Positions 18,566-26,597 of a stretch of DNA of 64,000 nt are shown piece after piece. The stretch covers positions 6,125 to 70,124 of the forward strand of contig CALREZ010000003.1 of the NCBI GenBank assembly GCA_943356445.1. The letters run 5' to 3'. How positions within the stretch are numbered: the stretch's first letter is position 1; each line of letters begins with the position of its first letter. The notes under the pieces were generated by a model that did not search any database, had not been told where the DNA came from, and saw only the letters and a list, made by a program, of their open reading frames with translations. Origin of the DNA: Candidatus Nomurabacteria bacterium. Lineage in GTDB: Bacteria > Patescibacteriota > Minisyncoccia > Phycocordibacterales > CAIJYI01. Both the position numbers and the translations under genes were made by a program.

Positions 18566-18830
18566 TATTAAAACAACCTTCAATTACGAAGGTTGTTTTA
18601 ATATGGTCGGGATGAGCGAGTGACCTGCGTCACTCGCGTCCGGAAATCGAAGATGTTGAGCCTGTCGCAGTGAGCCGGAGAGGCGAAACGAGACGCGAAA
18701 CATGTACCGTCCATGTAATGGAAGATATCCCGGCATCCCGACAATTTGAATATCACTCGCGCGGCTCGCTCTGCGTCTGATGAAAACCTACGGTTTTCAT
18801 ACTTTCCCTTGCCTGACCTCAGGCACGGTT
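18566..18830. repeat. Highly structured region downstream of tRNA-Pro. It holds a 27-bp inverted repeat incorporating the tRNA 3-prime end, a second GC hairpin, a 15-nt direct copy of the tRNA-Pro 3-prime end at 18731-18745, and an 11-nt copy of the tRNA-Leu acceptor end at 18806-18816
   Basis: CCCGACCATATTAAAACAACCTTC-AATTAC-GAAGGTTGTTTTAATATGGTCGGG. GAGCGAGTGAC-CTGC-GTCACTCGCGTC. TCCCGGCATCCCGAC repeated. ACCTCAGGCAC repeated at 17885-17895 and 18806-18816. Confidence 0.5.
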
Positions 18831-18872
18831 ATATGGTATACTAAATACTAATACTAGATTAAATACGTTTCT

Positions 18873-19553
18873 ATGCTTTTCAATCTTTCGCAAAAAAAAC
18901 TTGTTTTCGCTTCCCTGTTTTCCGCAGCGATTTTAATTCTGCTGACGTGGCTGGTAAAAACTTCTCCCGCGCTGCAAAACTTTGATAATCAGGCGCTTGC
19001 TTTTTTTGCGCAGGCGCGCTGTCCTTTTTCCAATGCGTTCTTTCGCGCCATAACTTTTTTGGGCGACGAAAAAACCCTCATTACGACAACTGTTCTTTTG
19101 AGCGTCGTTTTCTACTTCTATAAAAAGATGGCATACTATGTTCTTTTTATCGGAATGATGATCGGCAGTTCGGCTTTTGTTTACCTGCTCAAAGACTTCG
19201 TAATGAGACCGCGTCCAAGCTTGATTGCGCCGGTCATTACGGAAACTTCGGCTTCTTTCCCGAGCGGACACGCGGCGCTCTCTGTTGTTTTCTACGGACT
19301 TATCGCTTATCTTTTCGCAAGGAGATCAAAGAACGAACAAACGCAAAAAAATATCGCCGCCGTATGGATCCTTGTTTTTATCCTCATCGGGTCGTCGCGT
19401 TTGCATCTCGGCGTTCATTTCGTTAGCGATGTCATCGCCGGATATGCGACAGGATTTTTCTGGCTCTCTCTCGGAATACTTCTTTTTGAACAGCTTATCT
19501 CGGAAGAAACGCCCTGGTGGAAAAAATGCTGGAACAAAATGAAACAGCGATAA
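18873..19553 (+). CDS. PAP2-family phosphatase (undecaprenyl-diphosphatase-like)
   Basis: The PAP2 motifs KDFVMRPRP, PSGHA and SRLHLGVHFVSDV, with several TM helices. Confidence 0.8.
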   Translation: MLFNLSQKKLVFASLFSAAILILLTWLVKTSPALQNFDNQALAFFAQARCPFSNAFFRAITFLGDEKTLITTTVLLSVVFYFYKKMAYYVLFIGMMIGSSAFVYLLKDFVMRPRPSLIAPVITETSASFPSGHAALSVVFYGLIAYLFARRSKNEQTQKNIAAVWILVFILIGSSRLHLGVHFVSDVIAGYATGFFWLSLGILLFEQLISEETPWWKKCWNKMKQR

Positions 19554-19565
19554 ATTTGCAAAAAA

Positions 19566-19598
19566 ATAATCCCGCGAATTCGCGGGATTATTTTTTTT
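19566..19598 (+). terminator. Rho-independent terminator (AATCCCGCGAATTCGCGGGATT followed by a T-run)
   Basis: Perfect hairpin plus T8 after the PAP2 stop. Confidence 0.6.
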
Positions 19599-19804
19599 AC
19601 TTGATATATGACGAAAGGTGAATGAAAGTGTCGGAGGTTTCGGCGTGAACATAAGCGACGGAAAACCAAACAACGAACGCAACGTATACCGCTCCAAGAA
19701 GGAGGACGTTTCTTCTTTTTTCCATTTGTGTAAAGAGATAAAAAATTAAAGGTAAAAAAACGATAAGAGAAGTATAGCAAGTTTTTTCAGAATTGCAATG
19801 CTTT

Positions 19805-20557
19805 TTATCCCCTTGCCGCCTCTATGAATTTTTCAAAAAGAATTTTGTTTTCCGGATGTTTTTCCGTCAGCATTTCCGGGTGCCACTGAACGCCCAATAT
19901 CCACCGAGTATCCATATCTTCCGATTCTATCGCTTCCGCAATTCCGTCCTCCGCGCGGGCGCAGATACGAAGCCCTGCGCCGATATCTTTTACCGCCTGA
20001 TGATGGAGGCTGTTTACAGTAATTCTGGAAAGAGGAAGAAAAGAAGCGAGCGCGGTATTTTCCGAGATAATCACCCTGTGTATCTCTTTCGGGAAGTATT
20101 CAGCCAAAGATACTTGTTTATCGTATTCGTGGTGAATTTCCGTTTCAACTTCGCTTTGAATATCTTGATGCAGTGTTCCTCCCATCGCAACATTGATAAT
20201 CTGCGCGCCGCGGCAAACGCCAAAAATCGGTTTTCTTTTTTCAATAAAAATTTTCGCGAGAGAAAGTTCCAGTTCGTCTCTTTCATCGGAAATATCAACG
20301 ATGCTTTCATGAGCATTAGAAGCACCGTACTGTTTCGGGTTGATGTCCGCACCGCCGGGAATAAAAAGACCTTGGGCTTTATCGGCGAGCGATTCCAGTT
20401 CATTTTGAGAGAGCCCGAGGGGTACGATAAGAGGAGTAGCTCCGCAAGTGCTCAAAACATCAAGATAAGAAGCATCAACCGACACAGTAGAAAAAGAGCC
20501 ACCTTTCGGAGAAGGGATGCGAAGCGAAGTGATAAAGATGATAGGCTTCTGTTCCAT
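19805..20557 (-). CDS. Class I glutamine amidotransferase-like protein, peptidase C26/gamma-glutamyl-GABA hydrolase family
   Basis: GVCRGAQIINVAMGGTLHQDI (the catalytic Cys in GxCxG) and a later H...E pair (WHPE). Confidence 0.75.
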   Translation of the reverse strand: MEQKPIIFITSLRIPSPKGGSFSTVSVDASYLDVLSTCGATPLIVPLGLSQNELESLADKAQGLFIPGGADINPKQYGASNAHESIVDISDERDELELSLAKIFIEKRKPIFGVCRGAQIINVAMGGTLHQDIQSEVETEIHHEYDKQVSLAEYFPKEIHRVIISENTALASFLPLSRITVNSLHHQAVKDIGAGLRICARAEDGIAEAIESEDMDTRWILGVQWHPEMLTEKHPENKILFEKFIEAARG

Positions 20558-20623
20558 ATGTATATATTATACCACTATTTTAATCATTTGTACAGAAAAT
20601 ACTCTTCATGGTATTATAAAGAC

Positions 20624-21778
20624 ATGGATACTGAACAGCTTGTTAAAGAGATCTTTAATCAGGAAGATTATCGCAAAATACGCGACGACTTGGAAAAGGC
20701 GGGGGTATTAAAAGACCGCATATCAAAACTTCGCGAAAAGTACGCGAAGCGATTTGATGAAATACATTTTGAACCGGAGGAAAAAATATGGGAAATGATG
20801 GCGGTGGAAGACCTCTACGACACTATGACCTTCAAACACAGCGTTCGCGTTTCCGAACTGGCTTATAAAATTATTACGAAAAAACTTATTGCTCCGAACA
20901 AAGAGAGTTTGGTACTGCAGACGTTTGTTGAAAAGAGTGGGGTAAGTCTCTATCAGATCACCGCAGCGGCTCTCGGACATGACATCGGAAAAATAAAAAT
21001 ACCGTTAGAAGTTCTGCACAACTCGCTCGGCGACCAAGAGATGAATCAGATCCTTATTGGAATGATCCATCGAGGAATACGAAAAAAAGAAGTTTTTGAG
21101 AGGATCGGTTTTAAAGAAGACGACCAGAAAAGCGACGAAGAAATTTTGGCGCAACTTTACCGCAAAGGTCTTCGCGCAGTAAACGTTGTTCCCCTATCCG
21201 AAGCATTTCCCGAAGAAAAGCATCCGGGGTTTTCAGAAATTTTAAAGAAACGCGGTTTTTCCCCAGAACAAACGATAAAGCAAATCGCCGTATCTCACGA
21301 GTCGGCAGGACAAAAGATTTTTGAAGCGCTGGACGAACCGATTATCGCCGACCTCGTGGGAAATCACCACAACTATAAGAAAAAAGGCGACGGAGAAATG
21401 AAATACAAAATGAATATCCCCGCCCTTCATTCGGAAGGTGAAAGCGACAAATTCGGAGTCTGCAATATCATTACCATTGCCGACCAGTTGGATTCCCTCC
21501 AAAGCTCTCGCCCCTACAAGAAAGCGATGACCAGACTCGCGGCTCTCGCCGAACTCACTCACCAGGCGGATACCGGACGCATAAACAAAAGGCTTCTCTA
21601 TCTTTGGATAGATAATGAATACAAAGAGTTGAAAGAAAAAATGGATAATGGTTCTCTTGATCCGATAACATGGGAACAGGAACAAAAAAGCCTTGAGCAA
21701 GTAAAAGAATTTTTGGAGAAAACAAAAAAGATATTCAAAAAGAAATTTTCTTTTTTTTCATTCTTCCAAAAAAAGTAG
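20624..21778 (+). CDS. HD-domain phosphohydrolase, possibly a degenerate HD-GYP-like enzyme
   Basis: H...LGHDIGK and ADLVGNHHNYKKKGDGE motifs. The upstream part of the long ORF (19793 onward) is antisense to the amidotransferase and was discarded. Confidence 0.65.
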   Translation: MDTEQLVKEIFNQEDYRKIRDDLEKAGVLKDRISKLREKYAKRFDEIHFEPEEKIWEMMAVEDLYDTMTFKHSVRVSELAYKIITKKLIAPNKESLVLQTFVEKSGVSLYQITAAALGHDIGKIKIPLEVLHNSLGDQEMNQILIGMIHRGIRKKEVFERIGFKEDDQKSDEEILAQLYRKGLRAVNVVPLSEAFPEEKHPGFSEILKKRGFSPEQTIKQIAVSHESAGQKIFEALDEPIIADLVGNHHNYKKKGDGEMKYKMNIPALHSEGESDKFGVCNIITIADQLDSLQSSRPYKKAMTRLAALAELTHQADTGRINKRLLYLWIDNEYKELKEKMDNGSLDPITWEQEQKSLEQVKEFLEKTKKIFKKKFSFFSFFQKK

Positions 21779-21782
21779 CAAC

Positions 21783-21833
21783 AAAAAATCCGCGGTGAGC
21801 GGATTTTTTGTTGTGCCCAGGGGCAGAGTTGGT
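21783..21833. repeat. Direct copy of the tRNA-Phe 3-prime end (17 nt) plus its downstream terminator hairpin; a 51-nt duplicate of 21958-22008
   Basis: AAAAATCCGCGGTGAGCGGATTTTTTGTTGTGCCCAGGGGCAGAGTTG occurs twice. This copy serves as the terminator for the HD gene. Confidence 0.7.
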
Positions 21834-21989
21834 CACAGATAAATTTTTGTTCCGACAAAAATTTTCCGCGACCCCGTCTCGCCTGTCCCTGCGGGGGACA
21901 TGGCTCCGACTTTCAACTCCGCACGCAAGACAAGCAGTTGTCTTGCTCCCTGGGTACAAAAAAAATCCGCGGTGAGCGGATTTTTTGTT

Positions 21990-22063
21990 GTGCCCAGGGG
22001 CAGAGTTGAACTGCCGACCCTTGGTTCTTCAGACCAATGCTCTAACCAACTGAGCTACCTGGG
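21990..22063 (-). tRNA. tRNA-Phe (anticodon GAA)
   Basis: Reverse complement GCCCAGGTAGCTCAGTTGGTTAGAGC..CTGAAGA..GGTCGGCAGTTCAACTCTGCCCCTGGGCA. Confidence 0.85.
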
Positions 22064-22155
22064 CGTTTTCTTAAAATTTTGTTCTCTATGTCTTTCTAGC
22101 CAAAACAGTCACTGACTATTGTCTATTTATACTCGTTTTTGACCCTTTTGTAAAG

Positions 22156-22395
22156 TTACGGTTTCAGTCCGGAAATCATGCCGGAAATGTTTTTATAGGT
22201 CTTCAAAAGAGACTCTATATATGGCTGTGCATAATAGTACGATCCCACCATCAAACCAAGAATAAGCGTCCAGTAAAAGATGCGGAATATCCTTCCCCAC
22301 CACATGCTGCGATAGAGCGTCTGGAGCATTTCGTTGTTCTCCTTCTCTATCTTGTAAGTTTCTTCCAAGAGCTTTTCTTCTTTTGGTTCCAACAT
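22156..22395 (-). CDS. Small hypothetical membrane protein
   Basis: One TM helix (IFYWTLILGLMVGSYYY); ORF only. Confidence 0.4.
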   Translation of the reverse strand: MLEPKEEKLLEETYKIEKENNEMLQTLYRSMWWGRIFRIFYWTLILGLMVGSYYYAQPYIESLLKTYKNISGMISGLKP

Positions 22396-22469
22396 ACTGC
22401 CATACTACCAAAAAATAGACGAGAAATCAATTTTTGATATAAATAAGAAATAAGGATATAATCACCTCT

Positions 22470-23318
22470 ATGATAATAAACGGAAAACAAATCGCGCAGG
22501 AAATAAAAGACGCGCTTAAAAAAGAAACGGCGATGCTTCCTCGAAAGTTGCGCCTTGATATTGTCTATGCCGGAACTGATCCGGTTATTGAAAACTTTCT
22601 TGGAATGAAAATCCGAGTCGGGGAGGAAATAGGAATAGATACTATCGTGCACCGTTTTCCGGAATCTATTTCGCAAGAAGAACTGATCATACAGATAAAA
22701 AGCATGGCTCAAAATTCTGCGGTTGACGGAATGCTCGTTCAACTCCCTCTGCCAAAAGGAATGGATATTCAAGAAATTCTGAACACCGTACCTCCTAAAA
22801 AAGATGTTGATGTTCTCTCAGACCCCGCACTCAAGTTATTTGCAGAAAACAAAACGGAAAATATCTCCCCGGTTGCTGGAGCGTTTATGGAAATACTCAA
22901 AAGGAATAATGTTTCTTTGAAAGATAAAAAAGTTGTCATCTTGGGACGAGGACGCCTCGTAGGAAAACCGTTCGCCGTTTGCGCGGAAAGAGAAGGCTCA
23001 GATGTTACCTGTCTCAACAGTACTACGGGAGATCCTCTTCCGTATCTTTTAACGGCAGACATCATTGCTATCGGCATAGGAAAACCTCATTTCATCAAAC
23101 CCGAAATGATACGAGAAGGCGTGATAATTTTAGATGGAGGAACATCAGAAAAAGACGGAAAGATTGTCGGAGACGCCGACCCGTCCTGCGCAGAAAAATG
23201 CAGCATCTTCACCCCAGTCCCTGGAGGCATCGGGCCGATTACGGTGGCTTTGATCTTTAGGAATCTTTTGAACTCTGTAAAAGAAATAAACAATGCTCTC
23301 AAATCCCCACTGAAATAA
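22470..23318 (+). CDS. folD: Bifunctional methylenetetrahydrofolate dehydrogenase/cyclohydrolase
   Basis: MIINGKQIAQEIKD..., VILGRGRLVGKP, TPVPGGIGPITVA. Confidence 0.9.
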   Translation: MIINGKQIAQEIKDALKKETAMLPRKLRLDIVYAGTDPVIENFLGMKIRVGEEIGIDTIVHRFPESISQEELIIQIKSMAQNSAVDGMLVQLPLPKGMDIQEILNTVPPKKDVDVLSDPALKLFAENKTENISPVAGAFMEILKRNNVSLKDKKVVILGRGRLVGKPFAVCAEREGSDVTCLNSTTGDPLPYLLTADIIAIGIGKPHFIKPEMIREGVIILDGGTSEKDGKIVGDADPSCAEKCSIFTPVPGGIGPITVALIFRNLLNSVKEINNALKSPLK

Positions 23319-23853
23319 TATAATTATCCTGATTTTTGTCTTCTGCCGGATTTAAAAAGGAAAAAGTATATATCCAACTTTCATTTGAAAATCCTATTGT
23401 TTCAGAACCTTCACGGTATCCACGATCTTTTGCTGAATATAAATCCTTTATATTCATAAGTGTTTGTTTATCAAAAACAGCATACGAATCTTTTCTTATT
23501 TTAACTGAACCAGAAGATTGAATTGAAAGAAAATAAGAAATATCATTCATAAGTTTTTCAGTTTCCGTTGTTGGTTTTTCCCGCTTTTTCACGCATGATA
23601 TTTCCAAATCTGAATCAGGCATATCCTTACCGACTATTATTCTTCCTTGTCGCGCCCCTGTATTATTTGAAATATCCGTTTTTACCAAGTCAACAGTCTT
23701 AACAACAACAGTAACTCCGCACAAAGGCAGGGTGTAAATCTTATTATTTAAAGAAAGTCCGGGTACTGGTTCTTTTTTTCTAACTAATGAAAAATATCCG
23801 ACCAACCCTACAAGTAAAACAATAAAAAGTATTAAAAATCTTTTTTGTTTCAT
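23299..23853 (-). CDS. Hypothetical secreted protein or lipoprotein
   Basis: N-terminal signal/TM MKQKRFLILFIVLLVGLVGYF; no family recognised. Confidence 0.45.
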   Translation of the reverse strand: MKQKRFLILFIVLLVGLVGYFSLVRKKEPVPGLSLNNKIYTLPLCGVTVVVKTVDLVKTDISNNTGARQGRIIVGKDMPDSDLEISCVKKREKPTTETEKLMNDISYFLSIQSSGSVKIRKDSYAVFDKQTLMNIKDLYSAKDRGYREGSETIGFSNESWIYTFSFLNPAEDKNQDNYIISVGI

Positions 23854-23863
23854 TTTAATTTAT

Positions 23864-24085
23864 GTTTTATAGTGTCCTCGGCAGGAATCGGAACTGCATC
23901 AGCTCGCCCCGTTACAAATTGTCCTCTTGGCAGGAATCGGACCTGCATCAGCTCGTTAGGAGTGAGCTATTCTATCCATTGAACTACAAGAGGAAAATTT
24001 GTAACGGGGCGAGTTACGAGTGAGCTATTCCCCGCCCCGACTGAACGATAATATCAGTCGTTCGGGCGGGTATCCATTGAACTAC
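23864..24085. repeat. Intergenic array of nested direct and inverted repeats: two 33-35-nt direct repeats, a 16-nt long-range inverted repeat, a split second repeat pair, and a GC hairpin
   Basis: GTCCTC(T)GGCAGGAATCGGA(A/C)CTGCATCAGCTCG occurs twice. CGCCCCGTTACAAATT pairs with AATTTGTAACGGGGCG. GAGTGAGCTATTC...CCATTGAACTAC occurs twice. Hairpin CCGCCCCGACTG...CAGTCGTTCGGGCGG. Confidence 0.55.
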
Positions 24086-24125
24086 GAAGGCATAAAATAT
24101 CGGGCTTGCCCGATATTTTTTCTTT

Positions 24126-24365
24126 CTAGAGTCCGAGAGAGCTGACAAGTCTCGGTTTGTCAAAACCGATTACCGGCTCTGTTTCCCCTTCTACCGTAAT
24201 GACGGGAACCCCCATCTGTCCGGTAAGTTCCAGCATTTCTTTTCTTTTTTCAATGTCCGTCCCGACGTTATACTCCTCAAAAGGTACATTATTGGCGGTG
24301 AAAAAATCTTTCGCCATTTTGCAGTACATGCACGTTGAAGTGGTATATATTTTTACTTTTTTCAT
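24126..24365 (-). CDS. Glutaredoxin/NrdH-like thioredoxin-fold protein
   Basis: CMYC active-site motif near the N-terminus, 79 aa, and the GVPVI cis-Pro region. Confidence 0.75.
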   Translation of the reverse strand: MKKVKIYTTSTCMYCKMAKDFFTANNVPFEEYNVGTDIEKRKEMLELTGQMGVPVITVEGETEPVIGFDKPRLVSSLGL

Positions 24366-24492
24366 AAAACCTTTACATTATTGAATAACATACGCAGTAT
24401 AGCATAAGAACACTCATTTGAAAATTTGCGCGGTTTTGGAGGATATGATACTCTGCCCGTAGAAGATACGTTCAAAGAAAAGGAGAAAGGAG

Positions 24493-24930
24493 ATGGAAAA
24501 AGCGAAGATAGATGCCGTGGCGTACCATGAAGCGGGACACGCTTTTGTCGCTGTTATGACGGGAAAGATACGCGTCAAAAAAGTTTTTTATGACGGCGCC
24601 GACGGATATACGGAAACGGAGTGGCTTTCGGGAAATATAAATTTTGAGAAACTTTGCTTTTTCCTCGCCGGAGAAATCACTGAATACCGGTTGTCAGAAA
24701 ATTTTTCGGAAATCAATTCCGGGACAGATCGGAAAAACACGGAAGACGTTCTTTTTCTTATCTCGGGAAATCGCAACGAGCAATATGCCGTCTGGCGAAA
24801 AGCGATACAGACCGTGAATGAATGGATTGATGATCCGAAAAATGAGGAAAAGATAAAAAAGATTTCGGAAGAGCTTATGTTAAAAACGGCGCTTTCAGAA
24901 GAAGATATTTGCGCGATAGTGAAAGAATAA
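24493..24930 (+). CDS. Stand-alone FtsH-like M41 zinc-peptidase domain protein (HEAGH) lacking the AAA and membrane parts
   Basis: AVAYHEAGHAFVAVMTG matches the FtsH protease block TAYHEAGHALV. The downstream LAGEITEYRL aligns with LLGGRAAEE. Only 145 aa. Confidence 0.55.
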   Translation: MEKAKIDAVAYHEAGHAFVAVMTGKIRVKKVFYDGADGYTETEWLSGNINFEKLCFFLAGEITEYRLSENFSEINSGTDRKNTEDVLFLISGNRNEQYAVWRKAIQTVNEWIDDPKNEEKIKKISEELMLKTALSEEDICAIVKE

Positions 24931-24967
24931 GCAAGACCCCGCGCGATAAAACGCGCGGGGTATTATT

Positions 24968-25633
24968 TTACTGCTTCTTCGGCAAGAAACGATAGCCTTC
25001 CGGAACAATAAGAGACTCCGGATCTTTTCCGTCCCATGATATTTTTTCGTGGATTACCATGTCGGTAATAACCCACTGAAAAAGGTGCTCAAACCCTTTT
25101 ACCCTTTCCTGCAATATCTCCGGCGTGTCGGTCGGATAGACTGGAACCGGATATTCAAAGAATACCGGGCCTTTGTCGTATTCGTCCGTGACAAAGTGCA
25201 TAGACACTGCCGTGTCTTTAATGAGACCTTTTTGATACGCATCAATAACCGCCCGATGAACATGTATTCCGTACATTCCGCGACCTCCGAAAGCAATCCT
25301 TGCGGGATGGATGTTGAAAGTCGTTTTCGGATTAAGCCATTTTGTTTTTTTGAGCCAGCCGGAAAAAGCAATCCAATCGGCTTTTGTTTCTCTTAGGATA
25401 TAACGAGAAAGCAAAAGTTCATGCAAAGGGGAAAAGTAAAAAAAGGGAATACTGTGTTTTTCGGCAATCTTTCTTACTCCCCCGCATGAGTGTTGAGAAA
25501 CCGCCCCAACAATATCCGCATCAAGCATTCCGCACTCTTGCGCTTCAATAAGCGTTTCAAAACCGCTTCCCCCGCCGTCTTTTGTTCCCGAAGCAAAAAC
25601 AAGCAGTCTTGGTCTTATTTCTTTTTTATCCAT
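24968..25633 (-). CDS. purN: Phosphoribosylglycinamide formyltransferase
   Basis: LVFASGTKDGGGSGFETLIE and NIHPARIAF...HFVTDEYDKGPV (formyl-transferase N-domain motifs). Confidence 0.8.
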   Translation of the reverse strand: MDKKEIRPRLLVFASGTKDGGGSGFETLIEAQECGMLDADIVGAVSQHSCGGVRKIAEKHSIPFFYFSPLHELLLSRYILRETKADWIAFSGWLKKTKWLNPKTTFNIHPARIAFGGRGMYGIHVHRAVIDAYQKGLIKDTAVSMHFVTDEYDKGPVFFEYPVPVYPTDTPEILQERVKGFEHLFQWVITDMVIHEKISWDGKDPESLIVPEGYRFLPKKQ

Positions 25634-25707
25634 TCATTCCTCCTGTAAAAAAACTCCAGATTTCTTTATAGCACACAAAGCAAAAAATCGCCACAAGGCG
25701 ATTTTCT

Positions 25708-25781
25708 TGGTGCGAGTAGGGAGAATCGAACTCCCGCCCACTGCTTGGGAAGCAGCAGTTCTGCCACTAAACTATACTCGC
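25708..25781 (-). tRNA. tRNA-Gly (anticodon CCC) with encoded CCA
   Basis: Reverse complement GCGAGTATAGTTTAGTGGCAGAACTGCTGCTTCCCAAGCAGTGGGCGGGAGTTCGATTCTCCCTACTCGCACCA. Confidence 0.8.
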
Positions 25782-25880
25782 AGGACGATGATTTAAGACT
25801 TACGATTTAAGATTTATGAAAAAAACGCAAACTTCGTATTCTTAAATCCTAAATCATGAATTATGAATCACTTATTCATA

Positions 25881-26258
25881 TTACCTGAAAAAATTTAAAA
25901 ATCTAGACCATGCGGATGGCTCGGGAATCGCGGGTTTAGTGGTGGTGGCCTCCGGCGTATCAACGACGAGAATAACCCCTTCCCCCTCCTTTCCCACCAT
26001 AAACTTTTCGCGAATCTCGGATTCTTGCCCTCTTTCTGTTTTCAAAAAATTCACTCGTTTTTCAAGATCGGTTTTTCTCTCCTCTAAACTGTGAAGTTCA
26101 GCTCTTGCTTCATCAGCTTTCCGAACCGCCTCCTGATTCGTTTGATACAATCCCCAAATTCTGCTTGCAAAAAACAAGAAAACCACACCCAAAAAAATCA
26201 GTACCGGAGTGGAGTACATGAACCGCCTCGTCTTTTGTTTTTCTTTAAAATCCAGCAT
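25881..26258 (-). CDS. ftsB: Septum formation initiator family protein (FtsB/DivIC-like)
   Basis: An N-terminal TM plus coiled coil (AELHSLEERKTDLEKRVNFLKTE) and a FtsB-like C-terminus. Confidence 0.6.
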   Translation of the reverse strand: MLDFKEKQKTRRFMYSTPVLIFLGVVFLFFASRIWGLYQTNQEAVRKADEARAELHSLEERKTDLEKRVNFLKTERGQESEIREKFMVGKEGEGVILVVDTPEATTTKPAIPEPSAWSRFLNFFR

Positions 26259-26298
26259 CTTGTTTTTGATATTCTCTAATGATATGATACCTCATATG

Positions 26299-26409
26299 GC
26301 ATTCTTCAGCAAAAAAAATAAGAAAAAAGTGGAGTTCGTTTGGGCAATCGTCAGCGTTCTGGTCGCTGTCAGTATGGTACTCTTATACATGCCAAGCTTG
26401 TTCCAATAA
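26299..26409 (+). CDS. Possible 36-aa small membrane protein
   Basis: MAFFSKKNKKKVEFVWAIVSVLVAVSMVLLYMPSLFQ: a lysine-rich N-terminus plus one TM; followed by the terminator CAAAAAAGACCCCGATGGGGTCTTTTTT. Confidence 0.3.
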   Translation, partial: AFFSKKNKKKVEFVWAIVSVLVAVSMVLLYMPSLFQ

Positions 26410-26469
26410 ATAATTACCAAAAAAGACCCCGATGGGGTCTTTTTTAAATAAGCAACACTCCACAGGACA

Positions 26470-26597
26470 AGACGGGATTTTTCGTTGAGATTTGCTTTAT
26501 TTTCCGAGGAGGCCGGCGGGGCTGTAGAAGCCTACTGCCCCGCGGCCCCCGCAGAAAAATAAAGCGAAGATCACGAAAAAGACGGCTTGTCCTATTG
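26470..26597. repeat. Copy 1 of a dispersed roughly 125-nt palindromic element: conserved 34-nt and 33-nt termini that are imperfect inverted repeats of each other, flanking a variable GC-rich hairpin
   Basis: AGACGGGATTTTTCGTTGAGATTTGCTTTATTTT...GC hairpin...AAAAATAAAGCGAAGATCACGAAAAAGACGGCT. Second copy at 44455-44593. Confidence 0.7.

Noticed and set aside
18348-18566. 72-aa minus-strand ORF
   Set aside because: Overlaps tRNA-Pro and its promoter. Likely spurious.
19793-20623. 5-prime portion of the 661-aa plus-strand ORF
   Set aside because: Antisense to the GATase gene (19805-20557). The HD-domain homology begins only after about 20624, so the CDS was trimmed to that start.
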